Below, in pieces: positions 10,064 to 22,706 of a stretch of DNA of 64,000 nucleotides (positions within the stretch are counted from its first letter, which is position 1; each line of letters begins with the position of its first letter). The notes under the pieces are model-generated. The model did no database searches. It saw only the letters and a program-made list of their open reading frames with translations, and was not told where the DNA came from. A program made the translations under genes and the position numbers. Source of the stretch: Zancudomyces culisetae HAW-14-8 (taxonomy: Eukaryota > Fungi > Kickxellomycota); contig JBNJNM010000012.1 in NCBI GenBank assembly GCA_052426225.1, positions 1-64,000 of the forward strand, written 5' to 3'.

Positions 10064-12263
10064 TCATCTCCTCCCTCAATTAAGAGGTCCACTTCACTGT
10101 TTCTAAATTTGTTCCATGGTCTTCTTATTGTTTTTTTGTTTCTTTTATTCGCTCGTTTTAATCTGTCGTGATGTACTAAATATTCGAATATTTCACCATT
10201 AAGATGAGCGCAGTTTAAATGTGTTAAATGGTGTTTTTTCAATAATTTGAATGAGCCAGCAATCTAAGGTTCCAATTTTTTCCTGTTAAATTTTTTTACT
10301 AGTACCCAATCGTTGATTTCCAATGGTTGAAAATTTATTTTCTTATCGCAAAAATTTTTCATTTTATCAGCAAAATTTTTTTGGTTTTTTATGGCATTTT
10401 TCCTGACTTTATTTTGTTCGCGAATTCAGTTAATTACCTTATCCCAAGCCTTATTCAAATTATTTTTTGACTTTATAAACGGTGGTTCTGTATCTCCTGG
10501 AAATTTTGGTATTTGTCCGAAAACTAAGTAATATGGAGATATACCGGTCGATCGATTTATGCAATACGTGCGGCCCATGTGGCTTGAGGTAGGAATATAT
10601 CCCAATTAGTTTTTGTATTGTTAACCATTTTTGCTATTGCTGTCGAGATGATTCCATTCACTCGCTCGGTTTTTTTATTCATTTGTGGATGGTAAGCGCT
10701 AGTGAGTTTGTGATTTACTTCTAGTATTCTTAAATATGTTCTTAATGTTTCTGCTGTAAACTGTTTACCTCTATCACTTATAATTTCTTTTGGGCAACCA
10801 AACGTTAACATAATATTTTTAAATATAAATTTGGCAGTTGTCTCTGTAGTTGCATCGGTCGTAGCTTGTGTTATGACCCACCCTGTTAGGTAGTCTACCG
10901 CGACTAGAATCCACTTGTATCCTCTCTTTGTTTTCGGTAGGGGGCCGATAAAATCTATCCCCCATCTGGAAAAACCTTTGTCTGCTGGTTTCAATGGGTG
11001 TAGTGGTGCTAATGTTCCTTTGCCTTTAGCTGATAATTGGCAAGCCTCGCACTTTGCCAATTCCGCTGTTATCGTTTGTCGCATATTCGGCCACCAGCAA
11101 CGGAGCTTCATCAGGTTGTACACGTTGTTTATTCCTAGGTGTGCTGCACTTACATGGTAAGCATTTATTAAATCTTCTCTTTGATTTAGATGTATATACG
11201 GTAAATATTGTTATTTACCTTCCTATATAAAATGTTTTTAACGTATTCAAATTTGCTTCTTTATTTATCGAATTGGTGTCAATATTATCTGGTTTTTCGT
11301 TATAGCCATCCTTTATACAATCTATAACTAGTTCAGGCCATTCATTGTTTCCATACTGTTAATAAACTCTTTTCTTGATAACGCATCCGCTCCCACAATT
11401 TCCTTTCCCTTGATATATTTGATCTCCGGGTTTAGATATTGCCATTCTTCTAGCCACCTAGCGATCCTTCCTGTTGGTTCTTTTTTTTAAAAATCGATCT
11501 CAGTGTCCTATGGTCTGTATGTACTGTTACTCCGTTAATAAGGTAATGTTACCATGTTTTAAATGCATGAATAATTGCTAACATTTCTCTTTCATTTACT
11601 GAATAATTTTGTTCCGCTTTATTTAACACTCTAGATTCGAATGCGATGGGGACTCGACCTACTTCCTGATCTTGTAACAGAACCCCTCCTATTGCTACTC
11701 CGCTGGCATCCGATTCGATAACGAACTTTTTATCCCTTCAGGTGGATACAATCTGTCTGCATTAGTTATTGCTTCCTTTATTTGACTATTTGCTTTGTTT
11801 CTTCCACTGTCCAGGTAACCTTTTCATTAATGTTTTTATAACCATGACTTAGATTGTACAGAGGTTTCGCCATGTTTGCGAATCCTGCAAGAAATTTTCT
11901 GTAATAATTGCTTAGTCTTAAATATTCCAATAGTTGTCGAATATTATTATGTTTTTCCCATTTTATATTTCTTCGGCATTATCTTTGCATGGACTAATAA
12001 TACTGTTATTAATTAGATGACCTAAAAATATAATTCTTTTGACTCCAAAACTACATTTTTCTAGATATAAATTCAACTTGTGTTCAGACAGTTTATTTAG
12101 TACTACATTTAGTTGATTTCATGTTCTTCCATTGTCTTGAATAAATCAAAATGTCATCTAAATATACCAACACAAATTCATTCAAGATTCTCTTAAAATA
12201 TTGTTCATCAGTCTCTATAAAGTGCTCGGTGCATTGCACAATCTGAACGGCATCGCTAGTTAT
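9855..12263 (-). mobile_element. 3' half of a non-chromoviral Ty3/gypsy element (element 2): RT-RH-IN, PPT and 3' LTR
   Basis: Integrase ORF 10557-11123 (WGIDFIGPLP, ISDRGKQF, YHPQ); RNase H SDASG; RT YLDD relic; PPT GAGGGAGGAGATGA at 10064-10077. The 5' part is lost. Confidence 0.92.
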
Positions 12264-13282
12264 TGTAAGATACCATTATTATACACAATAATTGTTAGAA
12301 ATTGTTTTAAATTAAATTAAATAAATTCATGTTTAATATAATTCTCCATGACCAAATCAAGTAGGTTACAAAATGAAATTGTAACCATATACAAATTACT
12401 ATAATGTAACTAAGTACAAATTGATTAAATGTAACTAAGTACAAATTATTAAATTAATCTAACCAAGTCAAGTAAAAAATGAATTTCGCGATGAAATTTG
12501 TTATAAAAATATTCACATACCATTTTAGGAAATAAGAAACCTAGAAAGAAATCCGAAACTAATAATTCAAAGAATCGTCAGAATAACATGAATGACGCAA
12601 TCATTGACACACTAAACTCGCGGTAGTTAATCACATCAGTTACTCATAAGTTAAATAGTCAAATTTATAGTTTGATAGCAACTTTACTTAAGAAAATTTT
12701 ATATGGAAAAATCTCTGGAGTAAAAGTATAAAAACCCTTTCGAAATCCATCGAAAGAGAACTTCAGAGAAAAATATCTTATTCTATAATGAATATCATAT
12801 TTTTCTAAATACTATAATAGTAATAAATAAATAATCTTAAAATATTCAAGTCTTAACAATAATGATGTTATTAACTAATTAACACACAGTTGATTTATAA
12901 AAGTTATTATTAATTATACTAGTTTAAAACACACAGTAATAATATAATATTAGTTAATAATATCTTTATTATTGTTAAACGAGATTGACAAACTTAAATG
13001 TTCATGAAAGGGATTAGTATCACCTTTTATACAATTAGTTTGTTATAAACTTTAATATAAACTAAAAATATTAATTAACATATTATTAAACAAATAAACA
13101 ATATCATTTATATACACAATTTAATGATGATACATTAAATATTGATCATGTGTATCAATATTAATGAATTAAACTATTAAATATATAATAATTAAATAAT
13201 ATAACTTAAAATTTTATAATATTAATTAATTAATATTGTATTAAATATACAAGATTATTATGATACATGTGTATATATAACA
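12264..13282 (-). repeat. Solo LTR family D, interrupted by a family C solo LTR
   Basis: 12264-12292 plus 12864-13282 is the reverse complement of 22707-23189. Flanks GTTAT/TAAAC do not match. Confidence 0.88.
12293..12858 (+). repeat. Solo LTR family C (566 bp) with perfect TSD ATAAT
   Basis: TGTTAG...TTAACA with ATAAT on both sides. A highly similar copy lies at 45191-45756. Confidence 0.94.
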
Positions 13283-13304
13283 TAAACAGAGCCACAAACA
13301 ACGT

Positions 13305-13321
13305 TGGCGTTATCAGCACCA
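13305..13321 (+). promoter_or_regulatory. Primer-binding site of element 3 (TGGCGTTATCAGCACCA)
   Basis: TGG-starting sequence 4 nt after the LTR end. Complementary to a tRNA-Ile(IAU) anticodon arm; a tRNA-Ser 3' end is the alternative. Confidence 0.75.
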
Positions 13322-16300
13322 AGGGGGAAGTGGATAAATCCAAACAGATGTACAGTTAAAAAAATTCTTGTTCTAAAACCCCAATAAAAGAATTTAAAAT
13401 ACGGACAAAATCGAACCCACATTGCTACCACCTAAATGGGAAGGTGAGGAAAGTACCGGCATTGAACAATGGACAAGAAGGTTTTCGATGGATATAGATA
13501 TTATGGGAGTATATGAGAAGAAAGCCATTAAGTTTTTAGGGATATGGTTACAAGGAAGAGCTAATGACTGGATGTTATATGAAATGAAAGAAGAAATGGC
13601 AAGAGAAAGGAAACTAACGGAATGGTTAACGCTTCTTATTAAAGAAGTCAAGAGTTGGATAAACCCCAGCTGGCAGCATAGAGGGACTGGCAAGAATGTA
13701 GTAAGAGATCTCAGAAGACATTGGCGAGTTCACTGACGGTTTATGAGATATGCAGATACCATCCCTGAAGAAATGAATACAGAAATGCAGGTGAGAAAAA
13801 TATTCATAAACTGTTTAGCTGCTTGGGATGAGGCTATTCTGTGGAAAATAGCCGAAAATTTGATAGTATAAAGCTGAAGGAGCTAGTGGATAAAGTAATC
13901 AACCTGAGTAAGGTGAGACAGATCTGGAAAAATCATGGTGCCGAAGAAACACTGAGTACTAGGAAAGCCAGTTTGAAAGTAAGTCAGAAGTTCCAGAAAC
14001 TGAATTATTACAACAAAAATTAGAGGATTTAACTGAGACGGTGAAAACCTTACTAATTCAAAGTAAGTAGGAAAGACCCAAGGTCACTTGTTATAATTGT
14101 GGCAAAACTGGATACAAGGCGAGATTTTGCAGAAGTCAACCCAGTACTCAACCAGCATTGGTAAAAAATAACTCAGTGGACGTCAAAAAGCATACTGATA
14201 ATCGACTACCCGTTCATAAGTAAAACTCAATGTAGCAATATCCGCTGCCGCTACCGCCCACACATTAGAACCACACTATCTTAACTCCGAGGATTATCCA
14301 CACAAGTCACCACAGTCTCAGTCATCAGGGAATCTAATAGACAGAACTATCAAACCAGTGCGTTCTTTGAAGTTAAAGGTAAAGAATAAGACCAAGAAGA
14401 AGGTAAAGAAAAAGCCGGCAAAAGAGTGCATTTTATTTAACAAATTGTTAGGTACACCTGTTCCTGTATCATGGCGTGAGTATTTTGACTCACATCCGAA
14501 AGAGAAGAGGCCCGTGTATAACTCTTTCAGATAATACATTCGGAAGAGAACAAAGAAGAAAGCTATGTTAGTAGATACAACAACTAGTGAAAGAACTAAT
14601 ACAGACCCTTGCTATTTATGGACTAGGATAGTAAACAGGAATGTACCACTATTTGTATATTCATAAGCAATAAATTCACTCATGAGAACATCACTGGTAT
14701 AAGAGTTAAGATTAAAGAAAAAAAAATTAGAAAACCCAATTTTACTAACACAAGTAGGTGGAACTAGCTTAGAAGTCACAGTGACCGCAAATGCCAGAAT
14801 AAATTTGGACGACGACGTCAAAGTCAAAGTCAGATTCTTAATAACACAAGAGTGCGCCGTGCCTGCGATTCAGGGTCTAAACACTAGCAAGGATCTCAGA
14901 GCTACATTGAACTACAAAGACAATACTATCGACATCATAATCGACAGGGATAGATACCGTTTTCAACTTATGAGCCAAGAGGACTTAAACCATATAGGAA
15001 TGTCCGATGAGGAGTATTCAGATGTCCAAAGTGATATCGAAGATACTTGTGAAACTTCTGCATCCGAGGCGGAACACGAGATAGTGAATAAACCTATGTT
15101 TATTCATTAATGAGTGCAGATTTAACTGAATCAGGGTTTCCAGGCGAACTTAACAAAACCAAGGAGCAGCGATTCGATCTTCACCAGATATTGCCCCAGA
15201 GATTTTAGAAGTTGTAAATTCATTTACAGACATTATTGAAAATAAAGTAGGAAAAACCACAATATCAAACGCAGAGATTGACATCAAAATAGAACAAAGG
15301 AAAGGGCCAGTAGCAACGAGATTACGATGATATTTGGAGTACAAACGAAACGAAATAGGCAGACAAATACGGGAAATGAAAGAAATGGATGTAATAAAAG
15401 ATTCGTTTTCAAACTGGGTATCGACAATTGTGTTAGCGAAAAAGACAGACGGAACGGCAAGATTCTGCGTCGACTATCGAAGGGTTAACGAGATAACTGT
15501 AAAAGACCGTTTTCCAATTGTTCGTATCGACGAATGCTTAAATTCGCTTACGAGAGGTAAAGTATTTACTACTCTTGACCTTAACTCAGGATATTGGCAG
15601 TGTAAGCTCGCCAAAAATCCAGGTTCAATGACGGCATTTATTAGCCCATGGGAAATATTCGAGTTTTGTGTATTTCCTTTTGGCTTATCGAACGCCCCAG
15701 CACATTTTAGCAGGATTATGGAAAGAATTTTATCGTCAATTATGTTTCAATATTTAGTAGTGTACTTGGACGATAATTCAGTGTTTCAAATAACTTGGAC
15801 AAACATTTGGATCATTTAAAACTAGTATTAGAAACTCTGAGTGAAAATACCGTCTCTCTGAATTTTCATAGTGCAAATTTGGAACAGACTCTTTTAAATA
15901 TTTAGGGCACATAATACTCCTATAGGTATCAAACTATACGCGGAAAAAATAGATTGATTGGATATAAAGACTAACCCAAAGAACATCAAACAGGTACAAT
16001 TGATTCTAGGCTTAATTAACTATTTTGATTAATTTATAGATAATTACACTACAATAATTAAGCCAGTACAAGATTTGATAAAGCATGGGAAAAGATACAA
16101 CTGGAAGAAAGATTGCACAACCGCAGTAGAGAAAGTAAAATATGTCTTGTCAACAAACGCAGTACGCGCGCGACCGGACCAAGAAAGGGAGTTTATACTT
16201 TCGACAGATGCATCGTCGATAGCGGTTGGTGCCGTTCTATAACAAGAGTTCAGCTGGAATAAGAGACTAGTGGCATACTATTATAGAAGACATACCGATG

Positions 16301-17772
16301 CAGCAAGCCGATATTCAGCGTACGAGCGAGAAGTTTACGCAATCATATTAAGCTTAAAACATTTTTGTCATTTCCTGATTCCAAAACCATACGTAATATA
16401 TACCTCTAATTCAGCAGCAAAATATGTTCTAACTCGAAAGGAACCTTCGACTAGAGTGGCTAAGTGGTTAAGTTCGTTATCGGAATATAATTTTATTTAC
16501 ACCATAGAAAAGGAAAGGATAACAATGTAGCTGACTATTTAAGTAGACAAATGTTCGTTTTAATAAGGATTAAGGTTGCAGACTTTGCAAATACGTAAAG
16601 AAGGCTATAGTGGATATGTTGATTTCTTTTAAAATTATTTTACTGAACAATATGTCGCGTCTTTAATTAAAAATTTTACTATCTTAAATTACGTACAAAT
16701 AGGAAAACTAAAATAAGATTTATAGAGGTAAAAAAAGTAAAGAAAATGCTTTTAAGATAATTCGACGCTGCATGACAAGTTAGGATACTTATCCGCCGCA
16801 CCGATATATGAGTGGATACGAGAACGATTCTGGTTCCCCGAGATGTTCAAAACCCTGAGAGCGTTTATATATTCATGTCACCAATGTCAAACTTACAGTT
16901 TGAAGAAACCCAACTTTGTATTTAATGGAAGGATGGCCACTTCGGGAATATTTGATCAGTGGGACTTGGATCACCTTGGACCTTTTCCAATATCGAAAAG
17001 TGGGAATCGGTATATCTTTGTAGGAGTCGAGAGGCTAAGTCGACTCCCCGTAGCTTTTCCTACCCCGGATACGACAGGAATGACAACTAGCCATAAAATC
17101 AAGAATATAATATCCATGTTTGGAGTACCGTCTGTGTTGCGAGTAGATTTTGCTACGAGTTTTCAGAATGTAAAAGTTAATCGTTTATGGATACTTATAA
17201 CATTAGTCTTTATTTTAACGTACCGTATCAACCGGAGTGGATGGGACTTGTAGAACGAATGAATAGTAGAATCCGTTACGTGCTTGCAAAAATTTGTGAT
17301 GGAAACTATGATACCTGGGAAGATTATTTACTTGAGATTCTATTGGGGATCCGTAGCTCACGAAATCGTTTGACAGGAAAAACGCCCTATGAATTATTAT
17401 ACGGTATACCACTAAAGACAATAGGAGGAGAAATATTCCCAACGTCGAACGAAGTTCGAGTATTAGAGCTGAGTGGAGTCAGAGTAGAAAGGTTGGAGAC
17501 GGTTAATACTGCAGTGCCGTCGAAGAATTGTACTACTTATGATGTTGGAGATCTAGTACTTATATTGAACGGAAGAATTAGAAAAAAGCAACCACACAAC
17601 AAATAGTTACCTCGATATACTGGTCACGGGAGAATAAAATCTGTTTTAGCACATTACTTATACTCTGTGGAAAATGAAGCAGGGAAAGAAGGAGTATACC
17701 ATGCAATAAGAATTTTGAAATACGAACTGAAAAATTCAGATTTAACTTCAAGAGACATTCGGGAGGGGAGAG

Positions 17773-18342
17773 TGGATATAATTTTATAATCCAGCTTTGC
17801 CCCTGTTTCATCTACATTTTTATTTTTTTTAAAGTTAGTTTAACATTATGTGTTATAGCCAATAATATTACTTCTTAATACCCATAATTAATCTTCATAT
17901 TTTATCTTATATTTAATCATGTTATGTCCCATAACCCAATTATTATATATATCACCCAGAATCCTTTATTTAACCAATAGAATTATATTAATTTGATACC
18001 TTAAGTTTTCCAATCTTGTTAAATAAACCCAGTATCATCCAGCCCGTAACAAATCATTTGTTTATGCTTCGTTGTAATTCTCTAAGAATTACAACTTGTT
18101 TATTCAATATATCTCGTTCTGTGACATTATGATTAGGTATTGATGGAAGTTTTTGTACGAGGCGACTGGAGTTTTAGGAAGTAATTTCTTATATTTATTA
18201 TTATATTATTATTATTAGATTATAGATATACAATTAATAATGAAACAATAATATATTGGGGTTAACTGAAACAGCGAAGATAATAATATATTTATTAAAT
18301 TAAAGATATTAAAACTAACACCCTTAAACAGAGCCACAAACA
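17773..18342 (+). repeat. 3' LTR of element 3
   Basis: Starts TG after the PPT. The end is defined by identity to the 5' LTR remnant. Exact boundaries are uncertain by a few bases. Confidence 0.7.
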
Positions 18343-20760
18343 ACTGTTGTTACAAGTCTGTTTTTTAGCTCACAAACCGCTGATTCTTGCTCGTCTCCCC
18401 AGTTCCATGTACTGTCTTTTTTTAGCAGTAATGTAAGTGGTCTTGCTATAACTGAGTAGTTTTTTACATAATTTTTATAATAACCTACATATCCAGAAAT
18501 GATTGAAGTTCCTTCACATTGGTTGGCTGCTTTAGTTTCACAATAGTTTTTAGCTTACTTTTGTTGGTGCCTATTCCCTCACTAGATACTGTTTGGCCCA
18601 GGTAATCCAATTTATTAAATCCTAATTACATTTGTCACTGTGTAATTGTATTTTATTTATCTTTAATAGTTTAAATCATTCTTATAAATGTTTTAATGTT
18701 CTGCAACTATTTAAATGGAATATATATCTTTCATAAAAACCATAGCCGTTTTCCAGAGAACAGGGGCTGAACAGTTTCCATGGTACGCTAGAAAGTAGGA
18801 GGACTATTTGTTAGGCCGAATGACATAACATTTAATTGGTAACTTCCGCAACCAGGGATAGCAAATGCGGTTTTGTTTTTGTCTTCAGTCCTTATTCTAA
18901 TCTGTCAATTACATGTAAGGGGTACGTATCTATTCTAGATATTTGATTAATATTTCTATAACCAACTCATACCCTCAACTTATTATTCTTTTTATAAACA
19001 AATCAATAAGGAAATACCATTCTAATACACAAGGCGATATAATACCCACTTTTAAATTTCTGTTATCTCCAATCTAACATTCAATAGCATCCTATGCGAA
19101 ATGCGACACTGCATTCATTTTATTGACTTCTCTTCAATTAAATCGATCATGTGCTCGGCCACGTCAGTACTAGTTAGCTGGGTAATGTCGTTTACAAATA
19201 TGTCTTAAAACTATTCAAGTACCTCGTTAAATATTGGATTTTCAGACACCCCTAATAAGATAATTGGATCCTTTCACAAGGTAAATTTCTGCTTCATGTT
19301 CGTATAGTGACTTGATACTAGTTGTTAAAATTTTTGTAGAAACTTCTGCTTGTTCTATAGGTATCCGCATCTCCTGAGCTTTATATTCAGAATTATATGA
19401 TGTCTGAGCATCCAGTCAGTCCCCAAGATGCGAGTGTCATCATTTCTGTCCATAACTACAAGGTCAGTAGGGAATTCTATTGTTGAGATTTTGAGCGGGA
19501 CTCCGTAAACTTTTCCTAATGTGGGATGCTTTTTCCCGTCCGCCGTCACTACCATTTTGACTGGTTTGCTCCTGGACCAGTAATCCCAATTCTACCAGCA
19601 AACTAACAGTTATAACCGATCACGCTGCACCGGTATCGATAACAGACCACAAATGTCTATTAAAGATTTAGGTTAGTACCTTACAGTTGGTTTCCTTCTT
19701 TTCCGGTATTTTTATTATATTAACTTCACGAATATCATCTATATTTAGTAGTGTAAGTAATTCTTTTGTTTGCTTTGGAAAATCCACTAGTAACTGCAAT
19801 AATATATATTAGGGTACATTTTTTCTAATTCTTCAACTAAAGAAAAGTTTTTGGTTTTTAAAGTTTCGACTTGGTTGGATGTCTGTTATAACAGTTTGGG
19901 ATTTGTGACGCTGTTGGGGTATTTTAAGCTCGACGTACTTCGGTTTCGTTTTCATCTAACCTTGGCCTACCTACTCGCATATTTGAATTTCTTTCTGAGA
20001 CATAGGTGTCATAACCATAAAATATAATTAAATTCTAGACCGTTGTGTCTATTTATATTTATTGGTAAGTTTAAATTACGAATTTTAATTAATAAATTCG
20101 TAATCATCATTTCTTGATTTTCTAAGAACATTCTAGAAATTTTATATTACTTAATGATTTTAATAATAAGTTCCTGTCTAGAACATTTTGATTAGTAATC
20201 AAGCGATAGAAGCAATAATTTTTATTCAAGTTTCTAACTATTTTATAAGTATAAAACCCTAGTTTTTTCCTTAAAATTTCTATTCCTTATCTGACAACAA
20301 TTGTCTTATATAAATAAATAAAATAGTACTAAGCTAAATATTCCTAAACCAGTTTTGTCAATAGGCTATCTTCCGCTTTTCAAGTGCAATAATTTCCATA
20401 GATTAATAATCCTTCAGCTACAATGTCAAGCAGATTAATTTGATAATTCTTTACAGTTGAGCAGTCCGGCTGCTGTTGAGTCGCCTTCATTTGGGGCAGT
20501 CATATTTTTTATGGTATCCGCTATGGCAAATGTAGAACTTTTTATTCGTGATTGACTGTACTATTTTTGTCTGTCTTCAGCTTTTTTTAATCGCTTATCC
20601 ACGATTTCATCGACTGTAGAAATGTTATTGACTGATCCTCGTTAATATCATCATCAACTGTGTATAGGTAAACGTATCTTTGATGATGACCTTGAGTGAT
20701 TTATTCGAATTAAATGCGATTTCCAGTATCTTTTTATATTTGGTAGTATCTGTTAATTAG
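18343..20760 (-). mobile_element. Fragment of another Ty3/gypsy element (element 5): gag end, protease and RT
   Basis: Minus-strand relics: knuckle FYICHSGYHKKYDCP, protease SVIDTGA / ILGTDW (ORF 19355-19555), and RT to ARPLTLLLKK..WNWG. Cut by element 3. Confidence 0.85.
20007..20360 (+). repeat. Solo LTR related to the element 1 LTR, with perfect TSD ATAGG
   Basis: TGTCATAAC start and the internal CTTATCTGACAACAATTGTC motif. ATAGG on both sides. The host reading frame rejoins across it. Confidence 0.88.
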
Positions 20761-21135
20761 TTAGCATTATAAAAAATAAAATATACAAAAGTTTCTCCTT
20801 GCGCAGCTTTTAAAACCACATATCTGGTTACATAAATTTTTTTAAAATACACGCTTCATGAAGCGTATCTTACGAATTTAAAATTTTTCATTTTAAGAAT
20901 AATATCTGTATTTTTTGCACATGATTGAGTTTAATTTTCTCTCGTATGCTATAATACTATTTTAATCGTTTGCTTTTAATAAAATATAAATACAAATCTA
21001 GTTATTTATTAAGTTTGCCCTATCCGTCGTTGAGTTTTTAATTAGCAAATTAATTTAACATGAAATGCGAAAATGGGTCTATGATTTTCAGTAAAAACTT
21101 TAATAGTTGTTGCTCAAGAACGATCAATATAGATA

Positions 21136-22695
21136 CAGTGAGTTTCAAAAATGTCTCAAAATATTGAAAATATTTTGCAAAATGTAATATCTCGCTCAAT
21201 AATATCCAGAAATTATATGTTTTTTATATTATATAATGCACAAATGTTATACTCAGATTAATATAAACTGTATTTTTATTGGTTAAAAATTCATTATGAA
21301 ATTATAAATGAAAAAATTTATAAAAATGAGACAATTTTGGGAATTTTTCAAAAAAAAACTTTAAAATTCTGTCCACCTTCCTTTAGACTTGATAACTGCC
21401 TCAACGCTTTTGGGCATACTATCTATAAGACCAAGTATTGTTTCCACTGAAATTAAATTCCATTCCGTTTCTATTCGCTCCCATAATTCGATCATCCCGG
21501 ACGGAGGTTTAATGTATCTATTTAGGCGTCTTTTGATGATTGCCCATATAGTTTCGATTGGGTTTAAGTCTGGAGATTGTGACGGCCAGTCCAATGTATT
21601 ATATTCCTGGTTTTCAAGCCAGCATGTAACTAACTTTGAGGTATGTTTAGGAACATTGTCATGTTGAAATATTATTGTCTTGGGATCCAACTTGTAGTAC
21701 TTTATTGTATTGCTAAGCTCGTCTATTAAAATGTTTAAATAACCTTCCTTGTTTAACATTCCTTCTATTTGGCACATGTAGCCAGTTCCAAATGCTGTGA
21801 TGCATCCCCAAATCATTAATGATCCTCCACCGTGTTTTACGGTCTGGTTAATATTGTGCGGCTGTAGACTCACACCATCACGAACCCAAGTCCATTCATT
21901 TCCATCAGATCCAAATCAATTGATTTTAGTTTTGTCGGACTAAATTACTCGTCTCCAATCATCAGTAGTCCAGTGGCGATGAGATTTTGCGAATCTCAAC
22001 CTTTTTGCAATATTTTTAAGGCTCAGTTTCGGTTTGGAGGCCTTCTTTATTGCAACAGCATTTAGATCATTAAAAGCCCTATATATTGTAGACTTACTAG
22101 CACTAACAATATTATCCATTTCTAACTTCTTTTGTACCGAAGTAGCAGAACGATACTTTCCAGATAATATCATCCTAGTACATATTCGCTTGCTTTGGGG
22201 TGAAAGCTTCGCAGGACGACCGCGTTTATTAGCCGGTAAATTGATATTCATTGCTGCTTTTATTCTGTATTGTTGCTTTACTAACTCCATTTTCTATAAT
22301 TATTTGGTCAATGCTTCTCACTTCAAGTATCGAGTTTTTAATTTCCAGATTATGTTTTTCAGATATCAATATTAAATAGATTTAATTTTTAATTAGTATA
22401 ATAATTATATATATATTTATATGAAAATGTATACTAATTTAAAATTTGAATTCATAAAGTTATGATAGTTTATTTATTTTATTTGAAAAATTCTTAAATT
22501 GTATCAATTTAAAAATTTTCAATTTATAATTTCATATTGAATTATTAACCAATAAAAATACAGTTTATATTTAATCTGAATATAACATTTGTGCATTATA
22601 TAATATAAAAAACATAAATTTCTAGATATTATTGAGAGTGATATTACACTTTGAAAATTATTTTCAATATTATGAGACATTTTTGAAACTCACTG
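21136..22695 (-). mobile_element. Tc1/mariner DNA transposon (DD34E) with ~220-bp TIRs and TA target duplication
   Basis: TA|CAGTGAGTTTCAAAAATGTCTCA...TGAGACATTTTTGAAACTCACTG|TA. TIRs at ~21136-21355 and ~22480-22695. Confidence 0.96.
21361..22290 (-). pseudogene. Tc1-type transposase with in-frame stops
   Basis: GRPAKLS HTH region; WRRVI*SDKTKIN*FGSDG; QHDN...SPDLNPIE with 34 residues between D and E. Confidence 0.93.
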
Positions 22696-22706
22696 TACAT
22701 ACACAT

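Larger units (their letters stand above)
13283..18342 (+). mobile_element. Decayed non-chromoviral Ty3/gypsy element (element 3); only ~18 bp of the 5' LTR remain
   Basis: gag with CYNCGKTGYKARFC; RT (RFCVDYRRVN, LDLNSGYWQ, YLDD); RNase H STDAS; integrase (DHLGPFP, GLVERMN); PPT GGGAGGGGAGAG at 17761. TAAACAGAGCCACAAACAAC is shared by 13283 and 18325. Confidence 0.92.

Noticed and set aside
12263-18343. Elements 2 and 5 as two halves of one element split by element 3
   Set aside because: Both contain the same RT region with different sequences, so they are separate elements.
17771-18345. AGT...ACT (errantivirus-like) LTR termini for element 3
   Set aside because: The 5' remnant reads CAACGT rather than CAACT, and TG...CA boundaries fit equally well. 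It cannot be decided from one copy.
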